Sequence record: SRR31156797_3164
Length of the DNA stretch: 40,994 nucleotides
Reading direction: 5' to 3' (one strand)
The notes under the pieces are model-generated. The model ran no database searches. It saw nothing but the letters and a program-made list of their open reading frames with translations, and was not told where the DNA came from. Of this stretch, positions 1 to 8,033 are shown one piece after another (within the stretch, counting starts at the first letter, position 1; the number at the start of each line of letters is the position of its first letter). Position numbers and translations under genes: made by a program.

Positions 1-98
1 GTACGCATCTGGAGCACTCCTGAACAGTTACACAGCGAGGTTAAGGCACGTTTTTTTATCATTGCTGAATAGTTACGTACCAATAAAGGAGATGCCTG

Positions 99-362
99 AT
101 GAGCGAACCAAAAGTAAAGAAACAGCGCCGAGTGGTTCGGGCGACTGCCCCTGATACGGCCTGTGGCGATGTCGGCCACATGACTGTGGATGAACTCGTA
201 GCCATTGCCGCTGATTCTGATTTTGAAGTTAACTGCCCTGCATGCGGACAAATTCATCTCAGTAGGGAAGAAATAGAAGAGATCGACCAAGAAAAATTTA
301 CCGACACCGAAGAATACAAGGAAACAGTACGCCAAGCCGAAGCACCAGGCAAGTGCTGCTAG
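99..362 (+). CDS. Small acidic protein with a probable zinc ribbon
   Basis: 87-aa ORF with AGGGAG RBS; ACGDVGH and CPACGQIH Cys/His motifs; acidic C-terminus. Confidence 0.75.
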   Translation: MSEPKVKKQRRVVRATAPDTACGDVGHMTVDELVAIAADSDFEVNCPACGQIHLSREEIEEIDQEKFTDTEEYKETVRQAEAPGKCC

Positions 363-613
363 ACATAACTTCTTATGACCTTTTTGATTTCAAACTCAAC
401 TAACTGATATTATCAGTTTAAAGAGCATTAGCAACACTAACAGTCTGTTTTTCCTTTTAAATCAAAAAGTTCCTCACTTCGGGGCAATAGATTTCTCCAC
501 AGGGTCTGCGCTACAAACCACTTGCGGTAGTTTACTTCCGGAGTCCTCGCTACCTGCTACGCGGCTTGTTTCTTGCCCTGCGAAAAATGTTATGGACGAG
601 AAATGCGGGCTAG
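359..613. repeat. Structured non-coding element bounded by CTAG; probable MITE/REP-like insertion
   Basis: CTAG at 359-362 and 610-613; both ends carry CATAAC in inverted orientation; internal inverted repeats 380-390/459-469 and 480-487/573-580, palindrome 402-418. Confidence 0.45.
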
Positions 614-633
614 AACTATAAACGGTTTCCGTC

Positions 634-655
634 AGTAGTTAGTAAGTAGTTAGTA
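634..655. repeat. 11-bp tandem duplication
   Basis: AGTAGTTAGTA x2 (634-644, 645-655). Confidence 0.8.
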
Positions 656-663
656 ATATACCG

Positions 664-694
664 GGCACAATATCTCGGCAAGAGATGTTGTGCC
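664..694. terminator. Hairpin between convergent genes, likely terminator of the cobT-fusion operon
   Basis: GGCACAATATCTC-GGCAA-GAGATGTTGTGCC stem, 36 nt past the stop at 731; no clear U tract. Confidence 0.5.
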
Positions 695-730
695 TTGTTC
701 CAATATCGACTGCATTACCCTGGCGCTGGG

Positions 731-2830
731 CTAGAGTTGTTCATCAACACCAGCTTCTGTAAAAGACGCCATATCACACATCACCTTTGCTGCCAGCTCC
801 GCTACCTGCATAGTCATGGCTGCTCCGGTCCCCTCTCCAAGCCGCATATCCATGTCCAGCACAGGCTCCAGGCCCATGAACGCAAGTGCTGCTCCCTGGC
901 CCTGTTCAACTGATTTATGGCCGGCAACAAGGTAGCCGGCAACATCGGGACAAAGCAGATAAGCAAGCAGCCCTGCCGCCGTTGAAATAATACCATCCAA
1001 GACAACACAGGATCCATTACCTGCGGCAGCTAGCACTGCTCCACAAATACCACCGAGCTCAAACCCGCCGACCTTGGAGAGGATATCAAGCCCGTTCTCT
1101 GGGTCGGGTCGATGCAACGAAAGCGCTTTCTCAAGCACCTCAATCTTTCGCTGCAGCCCTTCATTATCAACCCCGGTCCCTCTACCTGCAAGCTTTGCAG
1201 GCGCTATTCCGGTAACTGCACTGATTACGGCGGTGGCAACGGTCGTATTACCGATCCCCATTTCCCCCAGACCGACAATCTCAGTCTTTGATGCAGCATT
1301 GCCACTGCCAATCACCTGCGCCCCACATTCGATAGACAACAGAGCTTCATCCTTGCTCATGGCCTTCTCTATGGCAAAATTGCGTGTACCGGCTGCAACC
1401 TTTTTATCTATCAATAAGGGATGGGGAGCAAAAGAACCCTTCACACCCATATCGACCACCGTCAAATCGATATCATAAAAATCACAAAACACATTGATTG
1501 CAGCTCCACCAGCTAAAAAATTCTCAACCATCTGCACTGTCACTTTGGCCGGATATGCAGAGACACCTTCCTCGACGATACCGTGATCACCTGCAAAAAC
1601 AACCATTCTCCGCCGCTGTATCGTGGGCTGTAAGGAATGCTGGATCACACTTAAAGTAATTGCCAGGGGCTCTATCCGCCCCAGAGCGCCGAGTGGTTTG
1701 GTCTTAAGATCGATCTTCTTCTCTGCTGCCCGACGCACATCGTCGGCAACAGGCACAACTTTTTCTACTAATGATTTCAGCCGACCTGACACAACCGCAC
1801 CAGGACGTCTAATAGCCTTGCCCGATTCAGCAGTAACAGGCTTATGGCTAACCGGCACTGACTGGCTGAAATCAATGATATATTTAAATGATCCACCGCT
1901 GAGCACCTCGGGCATCAGAGATGGCACCTCGTCCGGCCAAACGATGCCTTCAACCAGGTTATCGAGTTGCCCTTGGTGCGAGGCACAAAATGCAGCGGCC
2001 TCAACAACATGCTCACGCCGTGGGCCGTAGGAACCGAAGACTTCGAGCTCTTTGTAGTGGATCAAATTGAGGAGGTTAAACCCTATTTCATCATTTTTAC
2101 GGACACCGGAAAAATAGGCAAACTGCCCTCCTTTGCGTAGTTTCGTCAGACCGAGACTAAAGGCAGCGCTACTATCGCAGGCATTAATACCGCAATCAAA
2201 ATCGCTTTCCACTGTCTCCTTGCAGATCTGTATGGACGTATTTTCCACAAACGCCTGGGCCTTGGCTATTTTTTCCGCACTCCACTCAACCACCACCGGT
2301 TCCGCACCCTGAGACTCAGCCACAAGGGCAGCCAAAAGACCAAGGACTCCTCCGCCATATATAATAACCTTGGAACCCCGGCCAATGGACAAGTTTGCAA
2401 ACCCATTGAAAATACAGGCAACAGGTTCGGCAAAACAATAAAGGTGGGGCGACTCTATCACCTCGACCGGAACCAGACTTGCCTTTGACACCACCACTGT
2501 ATCGGCAAAGCCACCATCGCGATGAAACCCGGTAATACGCATGGCATCGCATAAATTTTCTCGGCCGTGTTCACAATACCAGCATCTGCCGCAGGCCTCC
2601 CCCGGCCAAACGGTGTACCAGTTGCCGGTCTCCTCTTCAATGCCAACCAGTTCATGACCAAGCACTCTGGGAAGGACAAGGTCACGATGCCCCTGTTCCC
2701 ACATTTTTGCATCCGTACGGCAGATAGCACAGTAGCAGACCTTGAGTCGTACATTGAAGCTATCGCATGGGTAAACTATATCAGCATGCTCCGAATGGAG
2801 CTTTCCTGGGCCGAGAAGAGAAAGTTTCAT
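731..2830 (-). CDS. cobT: Fusion: N-terminal Zn-dependent MDR alcohol/polyol dehydrogenase plus C-terminal nicotinate-nucleotide:dimethylbenzimidazole phosphoribosyltransferase (CobT)
   Basis: N-half (~1868-2830): CRTD, GHE, CxxCxxCx7C, GGGVLG. C-half (~731-1783): KTKPLGALGRIE, FAGDHG, GEMGIGNTT, GGFELG, LDG, MRLGEGTGA. One uninterrupted 699-aa frame. Confidence 0.92.
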   Translation of the reverse strand: MKLSLLGPGKLHSEHADIVYPCDSFNVRLKVCYCAICRTDAKMWEQGHRDLVLPRVLGHELVGIEEETGNWYTVWPGEACGRCWYCEHGRENLCDAMRITGFHRDGGFADTVVVSKASLVPVEVIESPHLYCFAEPVACIFNGFANLSIGRGSKVIIYGGGVLGLLAALVAESQGAEPVVVEWSAEKIAKAQAFVENTSIQICKETVESDFDCGINACDSSAAFSLGLTKLRKGGQFAYFSGVRKNDEIGFNLLNLIHYKELEVFGSYGPRREHVVEAAAFCASHQGQLDNLVEGIVWPDEVPSLMPEVLSGGSFKYIIDFSQSVPVSHKPVTAESGKAIRRPGAVVSGRLKSLVEKVVPVADDVRRAAEKKIDLKTKPLGALGRIEPLAITLSVIQHSLQPTIQRRRMVVFAGDHGIVEEGVSAYPAKVTVQMVENFLAGGAAINVFCDFYDIDLTVVDMGVKGSFAPHPLLIDKKVAAGTRNFAIEKAMSKDEALLSIECGAQVIGSGNAASKTEIVGLGEMGIGNTTVATAVISAVTGIAPAKLAGRGTGVDNEGLQRKIEVLEKALSLHRPDPENGLDILSKVGGFELGGICGAVLAAAGNGSCVVLDGIISTAAGLLAYLLCPDVAGYLVAGHKSVEQGQGAALAFMGLEPVLDMDMRLGEGTGAAMTMQVAELAAKVMCDMASFTEAGVDEQL

Positions 2831-3054
2831 TTTTTACTGCCTGACATTTCGGTAAATGGTTTTTCGGTAAGGGTCAAAATAAATAGAGCAGCATCATCAA
2901 TGCCATCGTTTTGCAGCTGTCGAAGCATTTGTTTTGCCGTCTCTAAAGAATCCATGGGATAAACACTAGCCTTTTGCAGGGAACAGCGCGTGTACTCGAT
3001 ATCGGTAAAACGAAAATAATCGGTTCCTGATTTAAGTATAAAAAGCTGCTGCAT
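2827..3054 (-). CDS. 75-aa hypothetical protein, translationally coupled to the MDR-CobT gene
   Basis: ATG at 3054 (MQQLFILKSG) 2 nt after the upstream stop; its TGA overlaps the next ATG (ATGA, 2827-2830); motif KASVYP. Confidence 0.75.
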   Translation of the reverse strand: MQQLFILKSGTDYFRFTDIEYTRCSLQKASVYPMDSLETAKQMLRQLQNDGIDDAALFILTLTEKPFTEMSGSKK

Positions 3055-3056
3055 GA

Positions 3057-4163
3057 CTATACCTTCTGTATAAGGGCATTCAATTTCGCCAAACCCTGAT
3101 CCGGATTCCGGTTTTGCGCAGTGACCCACCTGGTTAAAACTTCAATCGGCTGACCGTCTTTCATACATTCCCTCGCCATAGCTACCCCTTGATCGAGAGA
3201 CGAGACCTTACCGGTTACCTCAAAGAGCAGACCACTGTTGAGCAGCACCGCATCCCTGCGGGCAGCATCACTTTTATCGTGCAGCAACTCTACCATTTTC
3301 AGGGCTGCCTGATCTAAGTCGGGGTCAGCGGCAAGGGCTTCTGGCCGATGAGTCTTTACCCCGCATTCCTCGGGGGTAAAAGAAAACTCACTGATTTTTC
3401 CGTCAACAAGCCGTGCACCGTATGTGATACCGCACACAGAGGCTTCATCCATCCCCTTGCTGCTCCCATCAATCCCACCGTACACAACAATGGCCTTTGT
3501 ATAGCCTATAGACTGCATAACTTTAGCGACCGGCATAATCAATTCTTTTGCATACACACCGCGTACGGCCATCTTTGGCAAGGCTGGGTTTGCCAGTGAG
3601 GCAGCTATATTTAAGGGGGAACCAAAATAAATTTGTGATAAAATTCTTCCCAAAGCCATGGGGTGAACCTTAGGACTCATACCATTGAACAACCCGACCC
3701 CGACCTTATCTATTGCCTCCGCCACGTAGGCAACATCGCACTCAACGTCCACCCCCAGTGCCTCAACAATATCGACAGTCCCACAAGAGGAGGTAATACC
3801 TCTTGCACCATGGCGGGCTACAGTTATCCCCCCCGAGGCTGCAACCAGGGAGGCAGCAGTGCTGATATTAAAGGTCTTATAGGTATCCATACCAGTCCCG
3901 CAATTATCAACAACAGGCCCTTTCCCGTTAAGAGAGACCTTGGTTGTGTCCAGTTCATAGATAGCCTTCCACCCGCCGGCAACTTCTTCGGCTGTCTCCC
4001 CTTTTGCGGTCAACGCAGCAAGAAAAGCTCCCTGCTGCATTTCACTTATATCATTATTTAAAATATGCCAAAATGCATGGTACGCCTCTTCCGCGTTCAA
4101 GTTCTCACCACGGATCAGACCCGTAACAATCTGTCCAAAATCTTTATTTAAGGCAATATCCAT
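3057..4163 (-). CDS. TrpD-fold (anthranilate phosphoribosyltransferase-like) protein with divergent acceptor site
   Basis: GAFLAALTAKGETAEE, DNCGTGMD, TFNISTA, RHGARG, GMDE; start chosen at ATG 4163 behind AAAGGAG; no other trp genes nearby. Confidence 0.85.
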   Translation of the reverse strand: MDIALNKDFGQIVTGLIRGENLNAEEAYHAFWHILNNDISEMQQGAFLAALTAKGETAEEVAGGWKAIYELDTTKVSLNGKGPVVDNCGTGMDTYKTFNISTAASLVAASGGITVARHGARGITSSCGTVDIVEALGVDVECDVAYVAEAIDKVGVGLFNGMSPKVHPMALGRILSQIYFGSPLNIAASLANPALPKMAVRGVYAKELIMPVAKVMQSIGYTKAIVVYGGIDGSSKGMDEASVCGITYGARLVDGKISEFSFTPEECGVKTHRPEALAADPDLDQAALKMVELLHDKSDAARRDAVLLNSGLLFEVTGKVSSLDQGVAMARECMKDGQPIEVLTRWVTAQNRNPDQGLAKLNALIQKV

Positions 4164-4349
4164 AACCAGTTCTCCTTTCTGGTTGTGACCTGCTGCATCT
4201 CTCTGCAACTTCCCCCTTTACCTCACAGAGCAAAGCGGGAACAGAGGGCGCAAGGACTATTTAGCAGAATGTGGCTTTAATGTTATACAAGAATGATAAA
4301 ACACAGAAATCCAGTGGTTGGCTGTGATCACAGATAATAGTTATCGGTG

Positions 4350-4551
4350 CATTCAGGCAGGCTTTCTGACTTACAAAGTATACTGCAGAGGCAGCCTTCC
4401 CAGAGGGCAAGGCCTCCAGTGACTCTCTTAACCGAGATGCAAACCCGTATTGCACGGGAAACAGCTTCTACAGACTTTGAATACAGCAATGACTGGTTTG
4501 TGGCGGATTCCCACCGCCTTTCCTTTTACCATACGGTAAAGCACCTGAATG
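4350..4551 (-). promoter_or_regulatory. Cobalamin (B12) riboswitch, long AdoCbl-type architecture
   Basis: Minus strand reads CATTCAGGTGC...AAAAGGAAAGGCGGTGGGAATCCGCCAC...GCTGTA...GTCACTGG...CTGGGAAGGC...AAGTCAGAAAGCCTGCCTGAATG: conserved blocks in order, closed by P1 CATTCAGG/CCTGAATG, upstream of a cobT operon. Confidence 0.9.
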
Positions 4552-4556
4552 AAGCT

Positions 4557-4584
4557 ACTATACAAAAACTCCCTTATTTATCAA
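4557..4584 (-). promoter_or_regulatory. Putative sigma70 promoter of the riboswitch operon
   Basis: TTGATA-16 nt-TATAGT ending 5 nt before riboswitch P1. Confidence 0.55.
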
Positions 4585-4646
4585 CGGATATAGAAGGCTT
4601 TAAGTGGAGAAGCAGTGCTGAGAGATTGATGCTGAAAGGATAATCT

Positions 4647-4727
4647 AAAAAAGAGGCACCCTGACCAGGGGTGCTGGGCGAAAGGAGGGCCAGGGTGCTG
4701 TCTTCAATAAAGGAGAGATGAAGACAT
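4647..4727 (-). ncRNA. Candidate small RNA with CU-rich anti-SD loops and intrinsic terminator
   Basis: Stems TGTCTTCA/TGAAGACA and GCACCCTG/CAGGGTGC, U6 tail, promoter directly upstream. Confidence 0.6.
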
Positions 4728-4729
4728 AG

Positions 4730-4760
4730 ATTATAATAATTATTCTCGCCCCCTTGTCAA
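4730..4760 (-). promoter_or_regulatory. sigma70 promoter of the candidate sRNA
   Basis: Perfect TTGACA (4755-4760), then TATTAT at 16 nt or TATAAT at 19 nt spacing. Confidence 0.6.
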
Positions 4761-4798
4761 CGTACCAGTAGAAAATTATATTCACGCGCCTATGGCAT

Positions 4799-4845
4799 TT
4801 TTTATGTCAGTCAGCTATTATGCGTTATTCTAAAAAGAAACAATG
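4799..4845 (+). promoter_or_regulatory. Possible ModE-type operator(s) upstream of modE
   Basis: CGTTATTCT-AAAA-AGAAACAATG imperfect dyad and adjacent TTATGTCA, resembling CGTTAT..ATAACG ModE boxes. Confidence 0.35.
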
Positions 4846-4868
4846 AGATTACAGAGGACACAAATACG

Positions 4869-5675
4869 TTGAAAAAAATTACCCAGGTTATCTCGTCAGC
4901 GATGCTGCTTCACCAAATGAGCGACACAACAGATACAGAAGATCCGGTCATTACTCTGCTGCAGGCTATTGCCACAAACGGCTCCATTAACAAAGCGGCA
5001 AAATCGATTGGACTTAGCTACAAAGCTACCTGGGAGAGAATTGAAACTATCAATAATCTCTCCCCCAGGCCACTCATCAGCCGCCAAACCGGAGGCAGTG
5101 GTGGCGGCGGGACTGTTCTCACCGAAGAAGGCCAAACCTTTTTAGCCAGAGCTTCCCTTTTTCGAGTTCAGCTGCAAAAATTCATCAATTTCTTTCACGA
5201 TACACCAGAAGAAGCATATGCCATGCTTAGAACGCTCAGGGGGATGGAAATGAAACTCAGTGCCCGCAACGTGTGGCTCGGCAATGTTACGCACATTGAA
5301 CAAGGGGTTGTCAATAGCGTCGTCACCATTGGCCTGAAAGGAAAGGACATTATTGTTTCCAACATTACAGATAACTCCGTGAAGCGGCTAGGACTTGAGG
5401 TTGACAAAGAAGTTTACGCTATTGTTAAAGCTTCCTCTGTAATGCTCAGCCTGGATGTTGTCCCGGGAAAGATTTCTGCACGAAATGTCCTCCGGGGAAC
5501 AATCAATCGTATTGCACCTGGAGCAGTAAACGATGAGGTCATCATCGACATTGCTAATGGTAATACGGTTACATCCATACTGACCAGTGACAGTGTCCGA
5601 AACCTTGGCCTTACAAGTGGAACGGAAGTGTCTGCCATTATTAAGGCATCGAGTGTTTTACTCGCAATTCCATAG
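4869..5675 (+). CDS. modE: Molybdate-responsive regulator ModE (wHTH plus two TOBE/Mop domains)
   Basis: GSINKAAKSIGLSYKATW, GGSGGGGTVLT, two SARN...IVKASSV repeats; exact start uncertain (TTG 4869 or a later ATG). Confidence 0.9.
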   Translation: MKKITQVISSAMLLHQMSDTTDTEDPVITLLQAIATNGSINKAAKSIGLSYKATWERIETINNLSPRPLISRQTGGSGGGGTVLTEEGQTFLARASLFRVQLQKFINFFHDTPEEAYAMLRTLRGMEMKLSARNVWLGNVTHIEQGVVNSVVTIGLKGKDIIVSNITDNSVKRLGLEVDKEVYAIVKASSVMLSLDVVPGKISARNVLRGTINRIAPGAVNDEVIIDIANGNTVTSILTSDSVRNLGLTSGTEVSAIIKASSVLLAIP

Positions 5676-5754
5676 CACACCAAAAAACTTTCGCTTATTG
5701 CCAACAAGAAAAACCAATCTGTGAGAACAAAAAAATCAGAGAAGAGAGACGCTC

Positions 5755-6501
5755 ATGACGCTCGATGTCAAGCTTCACAAACAACTCAAATTTTATAATT
5801 TAGAGGTCTCTCTCAGCTGTTCCAAGGGAACCCTCACTGCAATTGTCGGTCCTTCAGGGGCTGGAAAAAGTACCCTGATACGAATCATATCCGGCTTAGA
5901 ACGTCCAGACAAAGGCACTATTTTTTTTGACGATAGATGCTGGAATGATTGTGCGATGAATATACATGTAACTCCTCAAGACCGCAGAGTCAGTATGGTT
6001 TTCCAGGAATACACCTTATTTCCGCATCTCACAGTTCGCCAAAATATCGTTTTTGGAGCGGCAAACGATAAAGGTATTGATACATTGCTCGATCAATTCA
6101 AAATCAGCCATATTGCACATCGTAGGCCTACGCATATTTCAGGTGGAGAACGCCAGCGGGCTGCTTTCTGTCAGGCCCTTGCCCGTGATCCGGTTTTACT
6201 GCTGCTTGACGAACCTTTTTCAGCTCTGGACAGAGCAACACGGGGATCCCTTCGTGAAAAACTCAGAGAACTGAAGCAGGATCTGAATATCCCCATAGTT
6301 CACATCACTCACGACCTGGAAGAGGCATATGACCTTGCTGACAACATCTATGTCATGGAAAGCGGTAAAGCCTCTCCGCAATGGCTGGAACAGTATCAAC
6401 CGCCTAGAGCCTCTCCTGCCAAAGAATCTCTCCCCCGCAGTAAGAAGTGGCAACATCCGGAAACAATTGTTCCTCATTTGTCTCCCATGAGTATTTTTTA
6501 A
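5755..6501 (+). CDS. modC: Molybdate ABC transporter ATPase (short, no TOBE domain)
   Basis: Walker A GPSGAGKS, FQEYTLFPHL, ISGGERQR, LLLDEPFSALD, THD; mod context. Confidence 0.88.
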   Translation: MTLDVKLHKQLKFYNLEVSLSCSKGTLTAIVGPSGAGKSTLIRIISGLERPDKGTIFFDDRCWNDCAMNIHVTPQDRRVSMVFQEYTLFPHLTVRQNIVFGAANDKGIDTLLDQFKISHIAHRRPTHISGGERQRAAFCQALARDPVLLLLDEPFSALDRATRGSLREKLRELKQDLNIPIVHITHDLEEAYDLADNIYVMESGKASPQWLEQYQPPRASPAKESLPRSKKWQHPETIVPHLSPMSIF

Positions 6502-6528
6502 TCACTAAAACATAAAGGAGAATACGTA

Positions 6529-7251
6529 ATGCGCCTTCAACAGATATGGTTATTTATTGTGCTGCTCATGTTTACGCCCGTTGCAGTGCAAGCCAAAACA
6601 GTCCTCGCATCAGGCGCAGGATACCGTTCCTTTGTTGACGACCTTGCAGATGCTTATACCCTTGAAACCGGGAACGAAATTGAACGTATCTTTGGAAATA
6701 TGGCACGTATTGTTGCCCAGGCACGTTCCAGTGGAACCGTAGATTTGCTGCTGGGAGACATTGTTTTTCTGGAACAGGCAAAGCTTCCTTTTATAGCAAA
6801 AGAGGTTGTGGGCAACGGCAGGCTTGTTGCTGCATTTCCAAAGGGGAGCAGTTTTCACGACATACGAGATCTGCTGGCACCAGAGGTAAACAGGATAGCT
6901 ATTCCTGATACTACCAGGGCTATCTATGGTAAAGCTGCCCTGCAGTATATCCGGAACAAAGGGGTGTACGATGACGTGCAGCCGAAACTTATGGTCGTTT
7001 CCACAGTGCCCCAGGCGGCATCATATGTAATTGCCGGCGAGGTTGATTTTGCATTAATCAACCTCACTCATGCCCAAAAAATCCAGAAAAATATCGGCGG
7101 TTACACCATAATTGATGAAAAAGCCTACTCACCCATAAAAATTATCATAGGACAACTGCAAACAAAATCAGGATCTTTTGAGTCCAGTACATTTCTTGCG
7201 TTTCTGCAGTCAGATACTGCTCAAAAAATCAGAGCCCGTCACGGTATGTAA
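6529..7251 (+). CDS. modA: Molybdate/tungstate ABC periplasmic binding protein
   Basis: Signal peptide (VQA-K), IAIPD..AIYGKAA, TVPQ, YSPI; lies between modC and modB. Confidence 0.85.
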   Translation: MRLQQIWLFIVLLMFTPVAVQAKTVLASGAGYRSFVDDLADAYTLETGNEIERIFGNMARIVAQARSSGTVDLLLGDIVFLEQAKLPFIAKEVVGNGRLVAAFPKGSSFHDIRDLLAPEVNRIAIPDTTRAIYGKAALQYIRNKGVYDDVQPKLMVVSTVPQAASYVIAGEVDFALINLTHAQKIQKNIGGYTIIDEKAYSPIKIIIGQLQTKSGSFESSTFLAFLQSDTAQKIRARHGM

Positions 7252-7259
7252 AATCCGCT

Positions 7260-7931
7260 ATGGATCTGATTACCTTTTTCGCGACCAATGTACCCATGCA
7301 CCCGTTGATACTTTCAGGACAGGTGCTGCTTGCTTCAACGCTTATTCAACTGTTCCTGAGTGTTCCTCTGGCCTGCTGGCTCGCCCGATCACACGGCATA
7401 ATGAATACCATTATTGACACCGCCGTTACCCTGCCCCTCGTGTTCCCGCCGGTGGCAATGGGGTTTGCACTGCTTATGTTGCTTGGCCGCCATGGTCCGC
7501 TTGGACAACTTTTTGGCGAAAGCATAATTTTCAGTTTTCCTGCTCTTGTTATTGCCGCAGTAACTGCCGGCTTGCCGCTGGCAGTTAAACCAATCCAGGC
7601 AGCATTATGTTCTCCAGAAGCTACCAAACTTACAGAGGTGGCGGCAGTGCTCGGAAAATCGAGAACAACCATCTTCCTCCGCGTTCTTCTTCCCTATGCA
7701 AAACGAAGCATTATTGCAGGAGTACTGCTTGCCGCAGGAAGATCTCTTGGTGAAGTAGGAATGACGCTGATGCTTGGCGGCAATGTCATAGGCAGAACAA
7801 ATACGGTTTCGCTTGAAATATATAATGCTGTATTTAACGGTGAATTAGAAAAAGCAGGAGTACTCACGGTGCTTGTTGGATGTGTATCAATCTGTATGTT
7901 CATCGTTTTAAAAAAGATATCCGACATATAA
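7260..7931 (+). CDS. modB: Molybdate ABC permease
   Basis: LPLVFPPVAMGF, RSLGEVGMTLMLGGN..GRTNT, hydrophobic helices. Confidence 0.9.
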   Translation: MDLITFFATNVPMHPLILSGQVLLASTLIQLFLSVPLACWLARSHGIMNTIIDTAVTLPLVFPPVAMGFALLMLLGRHGPLGQLFGESIIFSFPALVIAAVTAGLPLAVKPIQAALCSPEATKLTEVAAVLGKSRTTIFLRVLLPYAKRSIIAGVLLAAGRSLGEVGMTLMLGGNVIGRTNTVSLEIYNAVFNGELEKAGVLTVLVGCVSICMFIVLKKISDI

Positions 7932-7944
7932 CCCTTAAAAAACA

Positions 7945-7980
7945 AGGGTCTCCTGGAAAAGGAATTTTTCAGGAGACCCT
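7945..7980. terminator. Strong hairpin after modB (terminator or mRNA-stabilising stem)
   Basis: AGGGTCTCCTGGAAAA...TTTTTCAGGAGACCCT. Confidence 0.5.
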
Positions 7981-8033
7981 GTAATCTATATCCCCATAGA
8001 CACATGGGCGACGATACCAACAGGAATGAGACA

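Noticed and set aside
3055-3129. Longer 100-aa start for the small operon gene
   Set aside because: It overlaps the upstream gene by about 70 nt; ATG 3054 fits operon spacing.
3057-4163. Calling this gene trpD of tryptophan biosynthesis
   Set aside because: No trp genes nearby, B12 riboswitch control and altered acceptor motifs; symbol withheld.
4261-4643. ORFs 4261-4455 (-) and 4347-4643 (+)
   Set aside because: They overlap the riboswitch and have no RBS or recognisable motifs.
4792-4807. sigma54-like TGGCAT-N7-GT upstream of modE
   Set aside because: Weak -12 element in a T-rich tract; could be chance.
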